DNA from: a virus
Virus genome (UHGV): UHGV-0134778
Length of the DNA stretch: 64,000 nt
Strand: one strand, 5' to 3'
In this document: positions 43,742 through 53,731 of the stretch, piece after piece
Position numbering within the stretch: the stretch's first letter is position 1
Layout: each line of letters opens with the position of its first letter
Notes under the pieces: model-generated
Told to the model about the DNA's origin: nothing
Databases searched by the model: none
What the model saw: the letters and a program-made list of their open reading frames with translations, nothing else
Program-made: the position numbers and the translations under genes

Positions 43742-45041
43742 TTAAGGTCGGGGTAAGTTTGTAATAACGGAAGCCACCACCACCTTCCCAGTTTACAGAC
43801 TTAGAAATACCACCTTGATCTTCACCATCGATCACTTTTTCCAAGCGCGGAATAATATGGGTATGACAATGATCACCTAGCTCGATTGAGATCCAACGTC
43901 TTTTCATCTTGTGAGCTACAGCAGCAGTAGTTCCCGAACCACCGAATGAATCCAATACCAAATCGCCTTCTCGCGTACACATTTCGAAAATCCGCTTCAA
44001 AAGCGCTTCTGGTTTTTTCCCATTTTTGAAACTAACGCCGCCTTCATTTGCTATTCCATTCCAACTAATGTCTGTCCAAACATCAGTTATTAGTTCCGCA
44101 GGTTGCATCTCACCGTCAATTTCCAAAAGCCTGTTGGAGTAAAAGACCATTTGCCTACCATTTGCGATATAAAATCCTTCAACATCTTCATTTGGATGTA
44201 CATAAACCTTATCCCTGTCTTTCTTTGACTTCTCGATAGTTTCTTTTCTCTTTATTTTAGCTCCACCGCCAATTGCAACAGATTGAAATACACGTTCTGC
44301 ATTATCAATTGCGAATTGTGCTAATTCATCATCGAATGTATCAGGCAGTTTTTTCTTGGCTTCTTTTGCATCTTTATAGCCATTGGCCTTTGCAAACGCA
44401 TCGGCAATACCGCACCACGTCCAATTTTTATAATGGTCATCCGGGTTTAATAGGTATTTGTTATATCCTGTATCATACCCTTTAGGTATATAGATTTTGT
44501 TAAGCGGTTTCTTGGTGCGATCTTTTGCATATACAAGCAAAAAGTTTGCTGTGGAGAAAACTGTGGCTCCTGTTGCCTTAAATCCCGAAGGAGAATTTGT
44601 GGTCATCGATATGGTATTTAACTGATTTGCACGACCAAAAATCTCGTCCATCAAAACTTTTAAATATGCCATTTCGCAATCATCTAAGTGAACGAATATT
44701 ACCCCATCATCACTTAGAAGATTACGAATTATTTCTAACCTATCCCTCATTAAGCCCAGCCAAATGGAATGCTCCAGGCTATCATCGTAGTGCTCAAAAG
44801 CCCTCCCGGTATTGAATGGTGGGTCTATGTAAACACACTTCACTTTGCCTGCATACTCTTGCTCTATCGCCTTCAATGCTAATAAGTTATCTCCAAAAAT
44901 CAGTTTATTATCAAAAATATCGTTTTCGGTCACTTTCTGGCTGTGGTAAGATTTGCTAGAATCTTCTAACAAAATGTACGGCTCTAACTTTTTGCGCTCG
45001 TTTTTACCTATCCAGGTAAGTTCTAATTTGGTTTTACTCAT
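43716..45041 (-). CDS. beta-class N6-adenine/N4-cytosine DNA methyltransferase (orphan, Type III Mod-like)
   Basis: N-terminal LTWIGK, catalytic motif IV VYIDPPFN ahead of AdoMet motif I VLDSFGGSGTT (beta-class order). No restriction subunit nearby. Confidence 0.8.
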   Translation of the reverse strand: MSKTKLELTWIGKNERKKLEPYILLEDSSKSYHSQKVTENDIFDNKLIFGDNLLALKAIEQEYAGKVKCVYIDPPFNTGRAFEHYDDSLEHSIWLGLMRDRLEIIRNLLSDDGVIFVHLDDCEMAYLKVLMDEIFGRANQLNTISMTTNSPSGFKATGATVFSTANFLLVYAKDRTKKPLNKIYIPKGYDTGYNKYLLNPDDHYKNWTWCGIADAFAKANGYKDAKEAKKKLPDTFDDELAQFAIDNAERVFQSVAIGGGAKIKRKETIEKSKKDRDKVYVHPNEDVEGFYIANGRQMVFYSNRLLEIDGEMQPAELITDVWTDISWNGIANEGGVSFKNGKKPEALLKRIFEMCTREGDLVLDSFGGSGTTAAVAHKMKRRWISIELGDHCHTHIIPRLEKVIDGEDQGGISKSVNWEGGGGFRYYKLTPTLIAKDKSDQ

Positions 45042-45102
45042 CGTTTGGTGCTCTCCTTAGTTTTTGTGGGGAGGGGTGCCTCCCCTTTATACTCACATCT
45101 TA

Positions 45103-45444
45103 CTACTCAAGGTCTTCAGAGTCAAGCTCAAAAAGAATCAAACTGTGCATGCCTGCAGAGAGATTAACACACCCTGCAACAATAAGGGTTTGATAGTAAG
45201 GTTCAGCACCCTCAATATCTTCGTTAAAATCCACAACAAGGTAGTCACCTTTGTTAAAGGTGTATTTGTCCGATGTAAACGCAAAACCTGCCCAGTCCCC
45301 TACTGCAGGATCTTTATCAGTCACCTTTGTTAGCAGTAGATCTTTTTCACGAGATCTTTTAGTAAAATCGTGAATCACAACATCCTTCTCTTCAGAAGTC
45401 GGATTGCCACACACGTAGTTAACGATATTTCTCCACAAACTCAT
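45103..45444 (-). CDS. hypothetical protein
   Basis: 113-aa ORF. Confidence 0.5.
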   Translation of the reverse strand: MSLWRNIVNYVCGNPTSEEKDVVIHDFTKRSREKDLLLTKVTDKDPAVGDWAGFAFTSDKYTFNKGDYLVVDFNEDIEGAEPYYQTLIVAGCVNLSAGMHSLILFELDSEDLE

Positions 45445-46811
45445 ACGTCCCCCTTTTCTGCTCTAGTTTCAAAATCTTTCCTGACTTTCTCGTCTAAGCC
45501 AGGGAAAGTTGTATTATAAAACTCTACGACTCTCGGGTCAACAATAATATCCACCTCTCTTAATGGACGCAACAAGTTTATTCCTTGTATCGTCTTAACC
45601 CGACTCAAGGCAACATACGTCATTCCGGGAGAGAAAGCTCCGTTCTTTCCGAGGTCTAGGTTGTAACAATCTAACGTAAGTCCTTGACTTTTATGCGATG
45701 TTACTGCGTACCCAGATTTCAAAGGAAGTTGCTCATAAGACCCGATCACAACCCTCTCTATGAACTTCTCCATCTTCCTTTCGGCAATATTGTACCTCTG
45801 GGAAGGTTTGTACTCGTTATTCTCCCACAATCTTGGCTCAATTTCAACCTGTGTTCCGTCTTCTAGCTCAACTACTACGGATTTGGTCTTGAATTTTACC
45901 ACTGTGGCACGTGTCCCGTTAACATAATACGGAACTTTGTGAGTAGGGTCAACATCGTTTGAGGTTATCATAACCTTCATCCCTATCTTCAGCCTCATTT
46001 CCTGCTCCACAGGTAGTGTGGAAGGGAACTTACCTTTCATTTTACCAATGTAGGTCTTCTCTGGGGCCTTGATGGCATCATAGAAACGTCTGTTCACCTC
46101 CTCTGCTTGCTTATTGGTGGCACAGATGGTCAAGGCATCTGTTGGGACACCACCATGATAGCAACGAGTGTTAAGCTCTGCTACAACCTCTTTTATGCGA
46201 CGACCTTCACGAACACAGTTCAACATTGTGGCGAAGCGAACAGATTCCTGACGGAACTGGTCTACTAAGGCTATGTTGTGAAGATTAAGATCCTCCCAAG
46301 ATTCTGTATAGCAACACAGGTCTGTGTGGTAGAAGTTGAAGTAGGCTTCTTTCTCCATAGAAGAGACAACTGGAGGTGCTTGGTAGAAATCTCCAAACAA
46401 TAACACCTGAATGCCTCCGAAAGGTTTGTCATTTTTCCGAAGAAAGCGGAGTTTTCTATCCATCTCTATGAACTTGTCAGCACGGATCATAGAGATTTCA
46501 TCGATAATCAGGATGGTAAATGCCTTGCTTTTCAGAGGCTTTGCTGTTTTTGCCCTTATTGCTGTCCAGTCTGACTCCATGCTCACACCTGCGGCAAGAT
46601 CGAAAGTTCGGTGCGCTGTTGCTCCATTAACGTTTAAAGCGGCTACCCCTGTCGGGGCAACCGTTATGCAAGAGTCTCCATACATGGACTGGATCATGTT
46701 GATAAGATATGTCTTCCCGGTTCCACCAGGTCCACTTACGAAGACATTCTCACCGCTCATGATTGCAACAAGGGCAGCATCTGTGCCTACATCGTACTGC
46801 CCTTTTTCCAT
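45441..46811 (-). CDS. Dda/RecD/Pif1-like superfamily 1 DNA helicase
   Basis: Walker A VSGPGGTGKTY, Walker B ILIIDEISM and C-terminal SF1 helicase motifs; 456 aa, similar in size to T4 Dda. Confidence 0.8.
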   Translation of the reverse strand: MEKGQYDVGTDAALVAIMSGENVFVSGPGGTGKTYLINMIQSMYGDSCITVAPTGVAALNVNGATAHRTFDLAAGVSMESDWTAIRAKTAKPLKSKAFTILIIDEISMIRADKFIEMDRKLRFLRKNDKPFGGIQVLLFGDFYQAPPVVSSMEKEAYFNFYHTDLCCYTESWEDLNLHNIALVDQFRQESVRFATMLNCVREGRRIKEVVAELNTRCYHGGVPTDALTICATNKQAEEVNRRFYDAIKAPEKTYIGKMKGKFPSTLPVEQEMRLKIGMKVMITSNDVDPTHKVPYYVNGTRATVVKFKTKSVVVELEDGTQVEIEPRLWENNEYKPSQRYNIAERKMEKFIERVVIGSYEQLPLKSGYAVTSHKSQGLTLDCYNLDLGKNGAFSPGMTYVALSRVKTIQGINLLRPLREVDIIVDPRVVEFYNTTFPGLDEKVRKDFETRAEKGDV

Positions 46812-48052
46812 TACGCCTCCTCGTAGATAATGTCGATAGTATTACCGTCGCGGTCAACCACGTACTCAATTGGGTCGCCATCTTTGCGCGATTCTGGAGC
46901 TACTACGATTTCGTAGCGGCATGCACGGCACTTGGCGCTGTTGTGTTGGTAAGGTACACTAACTACATCGGCAGGGTCAACCATAACCGTCATCACAGTT
47001 CCGTAGCTCTTTGCATACTCTTTGCTGGCACAGTGCAGGCCATAAGAGCATGCAGCTTCCGGATCATCCTCTACAAAGTTACGAGGCATGGATACAAAAG
47101 CCCCCTGGTATTGTGGGACTTTACCACTGTGCCAATCCACCCACTTGTCGCCGTTAAACTGAACCCCTTTGTAGCAAATGATTCGACCATCTTCTGCAAT
47201 CTGAATGTCGTTTGCCTGCATAAAATCGTAGAGCATGTTTACAGATTTTGCAGAAGGATTGCGTAGCAGGCGAACGAGGAATTTCACATAGCGGTCATCC
47301 AGTGTTCCGTCTGCATAATCTTTCTCAATTTTCTTTGCAATGGTGGATCGCATCTCTACACCGTAGTAGTAGAGCTTACCATCTTTCATGATCAGGTTGT
47401 CTGCAAGTGTGGTGAACTCATTCTTGCGTTCCAGCCAGACAAGGATTTCACCAATTGCCTCGTCATATTCCTGAACAGAGATATGGTCGAAGACTTTCTG
47501 GTAAACTTCCTCACTTTCACTGCGGCGAATTTCAAAAATACCTTCGTTGCAGGTGATCTGGAGGAGTTCCCCGCAAATAACCACCAAAGGCTCGATGCTT
47601 CGGGTCTGTTGCTGAGACACACTGCTCACCACCTCCAGCACCGGGTCTTTTACTTCTACTAAAGGTTCTTCTGACTTGATTGCTACCCCAGTGAACCCTA
47701 CACCGTGAACAACACACAGTGGATATACCACACCCCAACGTTTAACGGAACCTTCTCCTAAATCTAAGATCATGGCGTACTTACCGTTATCTTCCAGCCC
47801 ATATCGAAATAAACGGGCCTCTTCACGGGTTTCAAAATCCTCACGGGTGTAGCAGACGCTGTCACGGTCAGGATCGAACAACTCTGGGGCACCTACTGCC
47901 AGTGTCCAGGTTGTGTTACCTTTCTCAATAGCGCATGTGAAACCCTTCTTCTCAAGCTCTGCACGGCGGTCACGTGCTTCTTTACGAGTTTTGAAATGTT
48001 CGTAGATGAAAATCATCTTGGTCTCCTTATTTGATGTTATTCTTTGTATCAA
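46811..48052 (-). CDS. rIIB: rIIB-like protein
   Basis: C-terminal block FLVRLLRNPSAKSVNMLYDFMQANDIQIAEDG...HSGK...MPRNFVEDD...YGLHCASKEY...VVSVPYQHNSAKCRACRYE resembles my recollection of T4 rIIB; lies directly downstream of rIIA on the same strand. Confidence 0.65.
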   Translation of the reverse strand: MIQRITSNKETKMIFIYEHFKTRKEARDRRAELEKKGFTCAIEKGNTTWTLAVGAPELFDPDRDSVCYTREDFETREEARLFRYGLEDNGKYAMILDLGEGSVKRWGVVYPLCVVHGVGFTGVAIKSEEPLVEVKDPVLEVVSSVSQQQTRSIEPLVVICGELLQITCNEGIFEIRRSESEEVYQKVFDHISVQEYDEAIGEILVWLERKNEFTTLADNLIMKDGKLYYYGVEMRSTIAKKIEKDYADGTLDDRYVKFLVRLLRNPSAKSVNMLYDFMQANDIQIAEDGRIICYKGVQFNGDKWVDWHSGKVPQYQGAFVSMPRNFVEDDPEAACSYGLHCASKEYAKSYGTVMTVMVDPADVVSVPYQHNSAKCRACRYEIVVAPESRKDGDPIEYVVDRDGNTIDIIYEEA

Positions 48053-50009
48053 TCAGTTCACGGTATTCAATCATAGCAGGAGTGTCCCAATATTTCAAGC
48101 CTACATGCTTCAAAAGTGGATATTTCTTTTCCAATCTTGCAATATAGGCCTTCCCGCACTTAACCCGGTTGGCGATTAAGATTTTGGCACGATGATTTAG
48201 CTCACCGTACTTCCACGTGGTGCTACCTTCCCACTTGTGGAAATGTGGCCGATAACTTCCAAAATCCTGCATGGGGATAATTTTACCTAACTGTCTGTAC
48301 AGGCTGTCATATGAAGTTTCATTTGCTGCGCGAGTTAGTAAGAATTTCCAAGCATCCTCTTTCAACAAATGTTCCACATTCTTCTCTGTAACATATTGGC
48401 AATCAGGATCAGTCCAAAGCAGACGAGATTCCGACACCAGGTACAGATCTTCCCCTTCAGGAATCTGGAGTGCCGCACGCACACGGTCATAATCTTGCTG
48501 GTAGATGTTGCTCATCTGCCCTAGCCAACAACTTCCGCGTTGGATATCCCCCTCATACGGTATGCAGTGCTTAATCTTCCTGAACTCTGCCTTAGTAATA
48601 CGCTCACGCCGGAAGTAACCATCCTTCTCAAGTTTTTTAACCCAATAGCCTGGTTCGTAACGGGTTTTGGTTTCACCTTTCTTCGTAGGTCGGCGTGGAA
48701 GCTCCGATAACAATTTGACCGTATCTGCAAAAAACGGATGGTGTGCCGCCTCTTTAAACTCTTTCACCAGATCCGTGTTACGGCAATAGAAAACGTTGCG
48801 TCCGGTAATCTCGCTTAAGTAGTTACACTTATTCCGGTTATATTTGCCGTCTCCGTCGTTAAATACTAAATAAACTCCCCGTAAGAATTCTACCTTTCCG
48901 TAGCAGGCGTAACCTATGCGGCCTTTATTTAAGCCGCCAGCGAAGATCTCGCAGTCCCCCAAATTTCCTAGCCCTGTTTCTTCCCAGCGGTCATACATAA
49001 AATTCTTACCGAAGATGTGCCCGAACACTCCACTGTTCTTCATCATCTCGCGTGCTTCTGAGGATGTTTTTGCTGTCTCCAGTTCTGCAACAACTTCTGC
49101 TCCACGAAGGCGAATGCCTTCTTTGACAAAAGCTTCCAAACGCTCTTGGAATCCACCATCGTCGTGACCTTCTATGGTCCATTCACGCCCTGGGTTAATA
49201 TTGCAATCTCCGATAGGGATCTCTACACAAATTGCAGGATAATCTATTAGTGTCTCCAGGAACTTAGAACGGTAAGGTTGGTGACCCATTACCACACGAC
49301 TCTCGTCAGAGCTGGTATAACCCTTCAGGATGGTCATCTTCCAACCATCTTTTTCATAATAATACTGCGCCTCTACTTTGTCTCCCTCCAGCATCTTGCT
49401 CGTCATCGGGTCGGTGACAGTGAACGGAAATTTTGCATAGCGCAGGCATGATGCAATAGCGGTGCGATATTTCAGAACATGCTCTTTCTTAACATGAAAC
49501 TGAACTTTTACCCCGTTGTGCTCTTCAGTCTTCCGCTCACGGATCTTGGTGACATTTGGGATACCCTGGTCCAAGAACAATAGGTATGTGCTTTCCACAC
49601 CGTTGTGCACACTGATTACATCGAAAGTGTCCACCATGCTGAACGGGGCCTTTGAACCAACACCTTTATTGCCTACCAGAGCGTTGCTGTTGCGCTTGGT
49701 CGACTCACCGAGGTTCATGAAAGTGTTACGGACCATCTCTTCTGACATGCCTAATCCAACGTCCTGCACAAAGAAGTATGGTTCAAGGTCTGTAGGAGAG
49801 TGAATGATGATCGGTACATCACCTCGTCCAGACTCAACATGTGAGTCCACAGCATTGAAGATCGGTTCACGGCAGCTTGCCAGTACCTTATCTTCATAAA
49901 TCCCTTTGATGATTAGCCCAAAAGTCTCTTTGTTCAGAGAAATTGATCCCCTGGTTACCTCCATATTCCCAGTTAGCACCGCTTTAGTTTCATTGCTGTT
50001 TACAATCAT
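48027..50009 (-). CDS. rIIA: rIIA-like protein (GHKL-type ATPase fold)
   Basis: LASCREPIFNAVDSH, FFVQDVGLGMS and VGNKGVGSKAPFSMVDTF correspond to the conserved N-terminal ATPase-like blocks recalled from T4 rIIA. Confidence 0.8.
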   Translation of the reverse strand: MIVNSNETKAVLTGNMEVTRGSISLNKETFGLIIKGIYEDKVLASCREPIFNAVDSHVESGRGDVPIIIHSPTDLEPYFFVQDVGLGMSEEMVRNTFMNLGESTKRNSNALVGNKGVGSKAPFSMVDTFDVISVHNGVESTYLLFLDQGIPNVTKIRERKTEEHNGVKVQFHVKKEHVLKYRTAIASCLRYAKFPFTVTDPMTSKMLEGDKVEAQYYYEKDGWKMTILKGYTSSDESRVVMGHQPYRSKFLETLIDYPAICVEIPIGDCNINPGREWTIEGHDDGGFQERLEAFVKEGIRLRGAEVVAELETAKTSSEAREMMKNSGVFGHIFGKNFMYDRWEETGLGNLGDCEIFAGGLNKGRIGYACYGKVEFLRGVYLVFNDGDGKYNRNKCNYLSEITGRNVFYCRNTDLVKEFKEAAHHPFFADTVKLLSELPRRPTKKGETKTRYEPGYWVKKLEKDGYFRRERITKAEFRKIKHCIPYEGDIQRGSCWLGQMSNIYQQDYDRVRAALQIPEGEDLYLVSESRLLWTDPDCQYVTEKNVEHLLKEDAWKFLLTRAANETSYDSLYRQLGKIIPMQDFGSYRPHFHKWEGSTTWKYGELNHRAKILIANRVKCGKAYIARLEKKYPLLKHVGLKYWDTPAMIEYRELIDTKNNIK

Positions 50010-50506
50010 TTATTGCGCTCCTTGTAGTAGATATGGCTCCCGAATTGAGCTGTCCTCTGCATCTTTTTTGCCCATTTCGGTCGTACTTTTGTTGTATGGT
50101 AGTGTGTTGCTCCGCCTGTTATATCCATAGCCATGTATGCAACATGGTTGTTATTATAGACCTTTAGAAGCATCTTTGCAAGACTTTTAGCGTGATCCCA
50201 TGAATCTTTTTCTGTCACCTTAAAAGTTTTGCCGTGGTTTGTCCACGAAAACTGGTTAGGTTGGTAGACAATCTTTCTTATAGTGTCTGGGTATTTGGGG
50301 TGAGATTTCCTGTTTAGTGTGGCAAATCCGGATGCCAGCATACCCATCGTGCCATCCCCTCTAGCCTCCCTGTAGATATTGCATGCTAGAATGTTTTCCT
50401 TAGTATCCGACGGCTTGCAAGTGTGATATACTTTTTGTTTTGGTGCTGCAACAACAGGCAGCGATAAAAATGCGCTCAAAATAATAGCAAAGATTTTAAT
50501 TTTCAC
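50006..50506 (-). CDS. secreted SleB-type cell wall hydrolase (candidate endolysin)
   Basis: Signal peptide MKIKIFAIILSAFLSLPVVAAP, then NIYREARGDG...LNR...IVYQPNQFSW as in the SleB/Hydrolase_2 family. Confidence 0.6.
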   Translation of the reverse strand: MKIKIFAIILSAFLSLPVVAAPKQKVYHTCKPSDTKENILACNIYREARGDGTMGMLASGFATLNRKSHPKYPDTIRKIVYQPNQFSWTNHGKTFKVTEKDSWDHAKSLAKMLLKVYNNNHVAYMAMDITGGATHYHTTKVRPKWAKKMQRTAQFGSHIYYKERNK

Positions 50507-50555
50507 AATAGCTCCAAATAGAAAATCCCCGCCGAAGCGGGGTGTGTCTTAGAAA

Positions 50556-50936
50556 TTAATCGTAGTGTGCCAAAATCTCTCCATCGTTGCAAGTCCCCTC
50601 TACGAAGTTGTGAAGATTCATGCATTCATCTTGATAGAAGAATTTACCGCTTTTCAGCCGTAGACCAAACAACTCCGCATCTCCACGATGGCAAGCCTCT
50701 ACAAGTTCATAGATTTCATACGGTAATTCCCCATCGTCATGGAAGAACCCCGCTTTATCGTTGACATAGATGAAGAAATAGTCACTGCTGTCGCAAGCGT
50801 CCAGTATTTTAAACCAGATTTCATCCACATCTTTTTCTCGGATATCGATCACACAAGCGGAGCTGCATTCGTACTCCTTCTCCGGCTCCTCGGTCAATAC
50901 CACCAAGTAGTTTCCCCGCTTACCTACTTTAGCCAT
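50556..50936 (-). CDS. hypothetical acidic protein
   Basis: 126-aa ORF. Confidence 0.5.
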   Translation of the reverse strand: MAKVGKRGNYLVVLTEEPEKEYECSSACVIDIREKDVDEIWFKILDACDSSDYFFIYVNDKAGFFHDDGELPYEIYELVEACHRGDAELFGLRLKSGKFFYQDECMNLHNFVEGTCNDGEILAHYD

Positions 50937-50945
50937 ACAACCTCC

Positions 50946-52130
50946 TCAAGCTTTAGCTAAAATGGCGCTAAACTCTTCACCAAACTCTTTTACAATCTTC
51001 ATCAGGTTTGGGTATGCTTTGATCAGCTGAGCAACGATCTTGTCCCTGCCTTTACCAATAAGTAAGGCATTTCCTAAGGCGTTAGGTTTCATCATCGCCA
51101 TAAAGACTGAGAATACAAAGTCTCGGTTCTCATCCTTGAAATTTTCCCAAAGGAAATCAAGGAAGTTTGCCACACAGCTGACGAGATCTTCGTCGGAGAT
51201 ACTTGCATTTTCCATCATATTACGAATAGCGATACAACCTTCAGACCCCAGAATCCACAAGATGTCTGGCTGCTTAGGACCTACATATTCTTTGCAGCCT
51301 CCTGCCATAATCCGACCGATTTCTGGCAAGTTTCGTTTCTTGGTGTGGTAGGTCCAAATTTCTACCGCTGCAGTGTGACCAATTGCACCTTGTAGAAGGA
51401 CACGGGCCATAGCGTCAGAAATAATACCGCTGTCAAAATCGTGCAGGATGTCAGATGCAGCAACCCAAGATCGCGGTGTAGCAAAAGATGGACAATTAAT
51501 CTCAGCCATGGCCTCATAATTATCGATGGCTGATGGGACTCTTTTCAGATATCCAATTACCGAGGAGTGCACCCCATTAAGGAATGCATAGTCCTCAATA
51601 AACACCTCTGCACTGCTTGTAACTTCTACAATGATAAAGCGGTTAGCTAGAGGAGCTTCGAGCGCCGAAAGAACAGCACCGTCTGTAGCACGGTTACCTG
51701 CAGCTACAAAAACAGAGCCCTTAGGAAATGCATAGGTGCCGCACTTGTGGTCGAGCATAATTTGCATTGCAACCTTCTGCAGGTAGTTATCTGCATGAGT
51801 AAGCTCATCTAGAAAGATAATTCCGCTCCAGTCCGGATCTGCAGGCCAAAATTCTGGAATTGCAAACACTGTGCGTGTAGTCCCATCCGACTCTACAGGG
51901 ATAGGTAGCCCAGATAAGTCAGCAGGATCTTTATCTGACAACCGCACGTCAACCAGGTTGTCATCTCGCTCGCCGAACATATTATCAGCAATCTGCTTCA
52001 TCACCTGGCTCTTCCCCACGCCCATCGGTCCTAAAATCAGGACAGATCGGTTATGACGCTGGGCAAATTGAATAATAGCTGGCAACTCGCGGACAGTGAT
52101 TTGACCACTTTCGAATACGTTTCTTGACAT
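50946..52130 (-). CDS. MoxR-like AAA+ ATPase (AAA_5 type)
   Basis: Walker A ILGPMGVGKSQV, Walker B IIFLDELTHAD and overall MoxR/CobS-like layout; 394 aa. Confidence 0.8.
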   Translation of the reverse strand: MSRNVFESGQITVRELPAIIQFAQRHNRSVLILGPMGVGKSQVMKQIADNMFGERDDNLVDVRLSDKDPADLSGLPIPVESDGTTRTVFAIPEFWPADPDWSGIIFLDELTHADNYLQKVAMQIMLDHKCGTYAFPKGSVFVAAGNRATDGAVLSALEAPLANRFIIVEVTSSAEVFIEDYAFLNGVHSSVIGYLKRVPSAIDNYEAMAEINCPSFATPRSWVAASDILHDFDSGIISDAMARVLLQGAIGHTAAVEIWTYHTKKRNLPEIGRIMAGGCKEYVGPKQPDILWILGSEGCIAIRNMMENASISDEDLVSCVANFLDFLWENFKDENRDFVFSVFMAMMKPNALGNALLIGKGRDKIVAQLIKAYPNLMKIVKEFGEEFSAILAKA

Positions 52131-52399
52131 TAGTAAAAGTCCTCTACTTGTGTGTAAGTGTTTTCAAAGTTTTCCAAAACAGACATCACATCGGATCTGT
52201 CAATATCATACGCAACTCTCCAGCCATATGCAACCCTTTCTGCTGTTGCCTCTTCTGGCGCTAGTCGTCTGCTGGCATAAAAGAGTGTTGGAGTACACTT
52301 TCTTGCTTGCCCTCTAACTTTCCCATAATAATATCTGTGAATATCTTTGTCAAAATTTAATTCTTTTTCTGCACGAAGTTCGTACTGCTGGTATAACAT
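52130..52399 (-). CDS. hypothetical protein
   Basis: 89 aa; coupled to the ATPase gene. Confidence 0.5.
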   Translation of the reverse strand: MLYQQYELRAEKELNFDKDIHRYYYGKVRGQARKCTPTLFYASRRLAPEEATAERVAYGWRVAYDIDRSDVMSVLENFENTYTQVEDFY

Positions 52400-52443
52400 C
52401 TCTACTGCTCCTTAAGCAGCATCCTTGCCGCCATCCCTACCCA

Positions 52444-52824
52444 CTAAAATGCAGTCCGAATCCAGACAAGGTTCTTATCTGCCCAATCATAGAGGCAAGT
52501 CATTGCACTATTGAATTGCTCACACGGAGGATAATCTTCTTCCATCTTGCGCATAGCAGAGCCTTGTGGGTAAAGCTCCCGTGCTGCAAACCACGCGTCG
52601 TAGTCATCAACGGTATCGAAGTAGTATACAACATCCTCCAACTCAGGATCGAACTTTGAACTATCAGGATCCAGCTGTTCAGGGAACTTGGAGCGTAACT
52701 TGCCAGCCACAATACTTGCCAACTCGCTAACATGTTTGTTGTCCCACTCTACCAGTTTCCCGTCTTCAGTTATGCGTCCTAACCACTGATCATGAAGGTC
52801 AACTGTTGTCTTCCACTGGGCCAT
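52444..52824 (-). CDS. hypothetical protein
   Basis: 126-aa ORF. Confidence 0.5.
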   Translation of the reverse strand: MAQWKTTVDLHDQWLGRITEDGKLVEWDNKHVSELASIVAGKLRSKFPEQLDPDSSKFDPELEDVVYYFDTVDDYDAWFAARELYPQGSAMRKMEEDYPPCEQFNSAMTCLYDWADKNLVWIRTAF

Positions 52825-52826
52825 TA

Positions 52827-53084
52827 TCAGTCTACCTCTTCTTCTCGTTGCAGTTCAAGATACCCATAGGTCTGGATATCTTCAAAGGTGTGGAACTCTC
52901 CATCTGCCGCTAAGGCACGGACAACCTGGCATAGAGTTTTATAAGGTACTTTCTCCAAACCCATATTCAGCGCAGGAAAAACCTTATCTAAGTCAACAAA
53001 ATATACAAACTGTAGCTCACCAGTTTCAAAAGGCGTATCTTCGATAAACATCTTCTCGGCATTAGTTAAGATTTGCACTTTCAT
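52827..53084 (-). CDS. hypothetical protein
   Basis: 85-aa ORF. Confidence 0.5.
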   Translation of the reverse strand: MKVQILTNAEKMFIEDTPFETGELQFVYFVDLDKVFPALNMGLEKVPYKTLCQVVRALAADGEFHTFEDIQTYGYLELQREEEVD

Positions 53085-53440
53085 TATTCTGCCTCCTCTT
53101 CTTTTTCTTCAGCATTAGTTTCAGTACCACCCCACTCTGGAGTTTCCACCTCGACAGTAAACTCACGCACTACACGGTAATTGCCCATGAAGCGCTCCAC
53201 TTCTTCAAGGCTTATGGAGAGGCCATTGGCAACCAAGTCTGCAGCACCCTTCTCTACCAGGTAGTCCAGATTGGCTTCCAAGGCTTCAGGCTCAAACCCT
53301 GTCAATGCAATCATATAACCTTCCCCTTCATCAGGGAGGGCAATACAGCCCAACTGATTTTCTTTAAAAAAGCAGTGACCATCACTATTGATTGGTTGCT
53401 CATTGCAGTAAATAGCTGCACGATAAGTAACTTTAGACAT
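53084..53440 (-). CDS. hypothetical acidic protein
   Basis: 118-aa ORF. Confidence 0.5.
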   Translation of the reverse strand: MSKVTYRAAIYCNEQPINSDGHCFFKENQLGCIALPDEGEGYMIALTGFEPEALEANLDYLVEKGAADLVANGLSISLEEVERFMGNYRVVREFTVEVETPEWGGTETNAEEKEEEAE

Positions 53441-53452
53441 TGATAGGCCTCC

Positions 53453-53731
53453 TTAGGCAACTGTCATTTTACATTCTTGAAATTTTAGCACAAGACGGTG
53501 ATTGTGTCTAGTGTCTAAAAAGATTTTTTCAACCATCAGGCACACGGTATAACCGTCTGTCTTGTTGACAACAAAATCCCCAGGGTGAGGGAGAATGTCC
53601 CCAGGATTGGGGAAACATAACCCGCTCAAGAAGGCATCATCGGTGGTGGACTTAATGGATTTCCACACACTATCTGCCTGAACATTCTCACCAACATAAT
53701 ATACACTACCACATGACTTCATCATAGTCAA
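53453..53731 (-). CDS. hypothetical protein
   Basis: 92-aa ORF. Confidence 0.5.
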   Translation of the reverse strand: MTMMKSCGSVYYVGENVQADSVWKSIKSTTDDAFLSGLCFPNPGDILPHPGDFVVNKTDGYTVCLMVEKIFLDTRHNHRLVLKFQECKMTVA

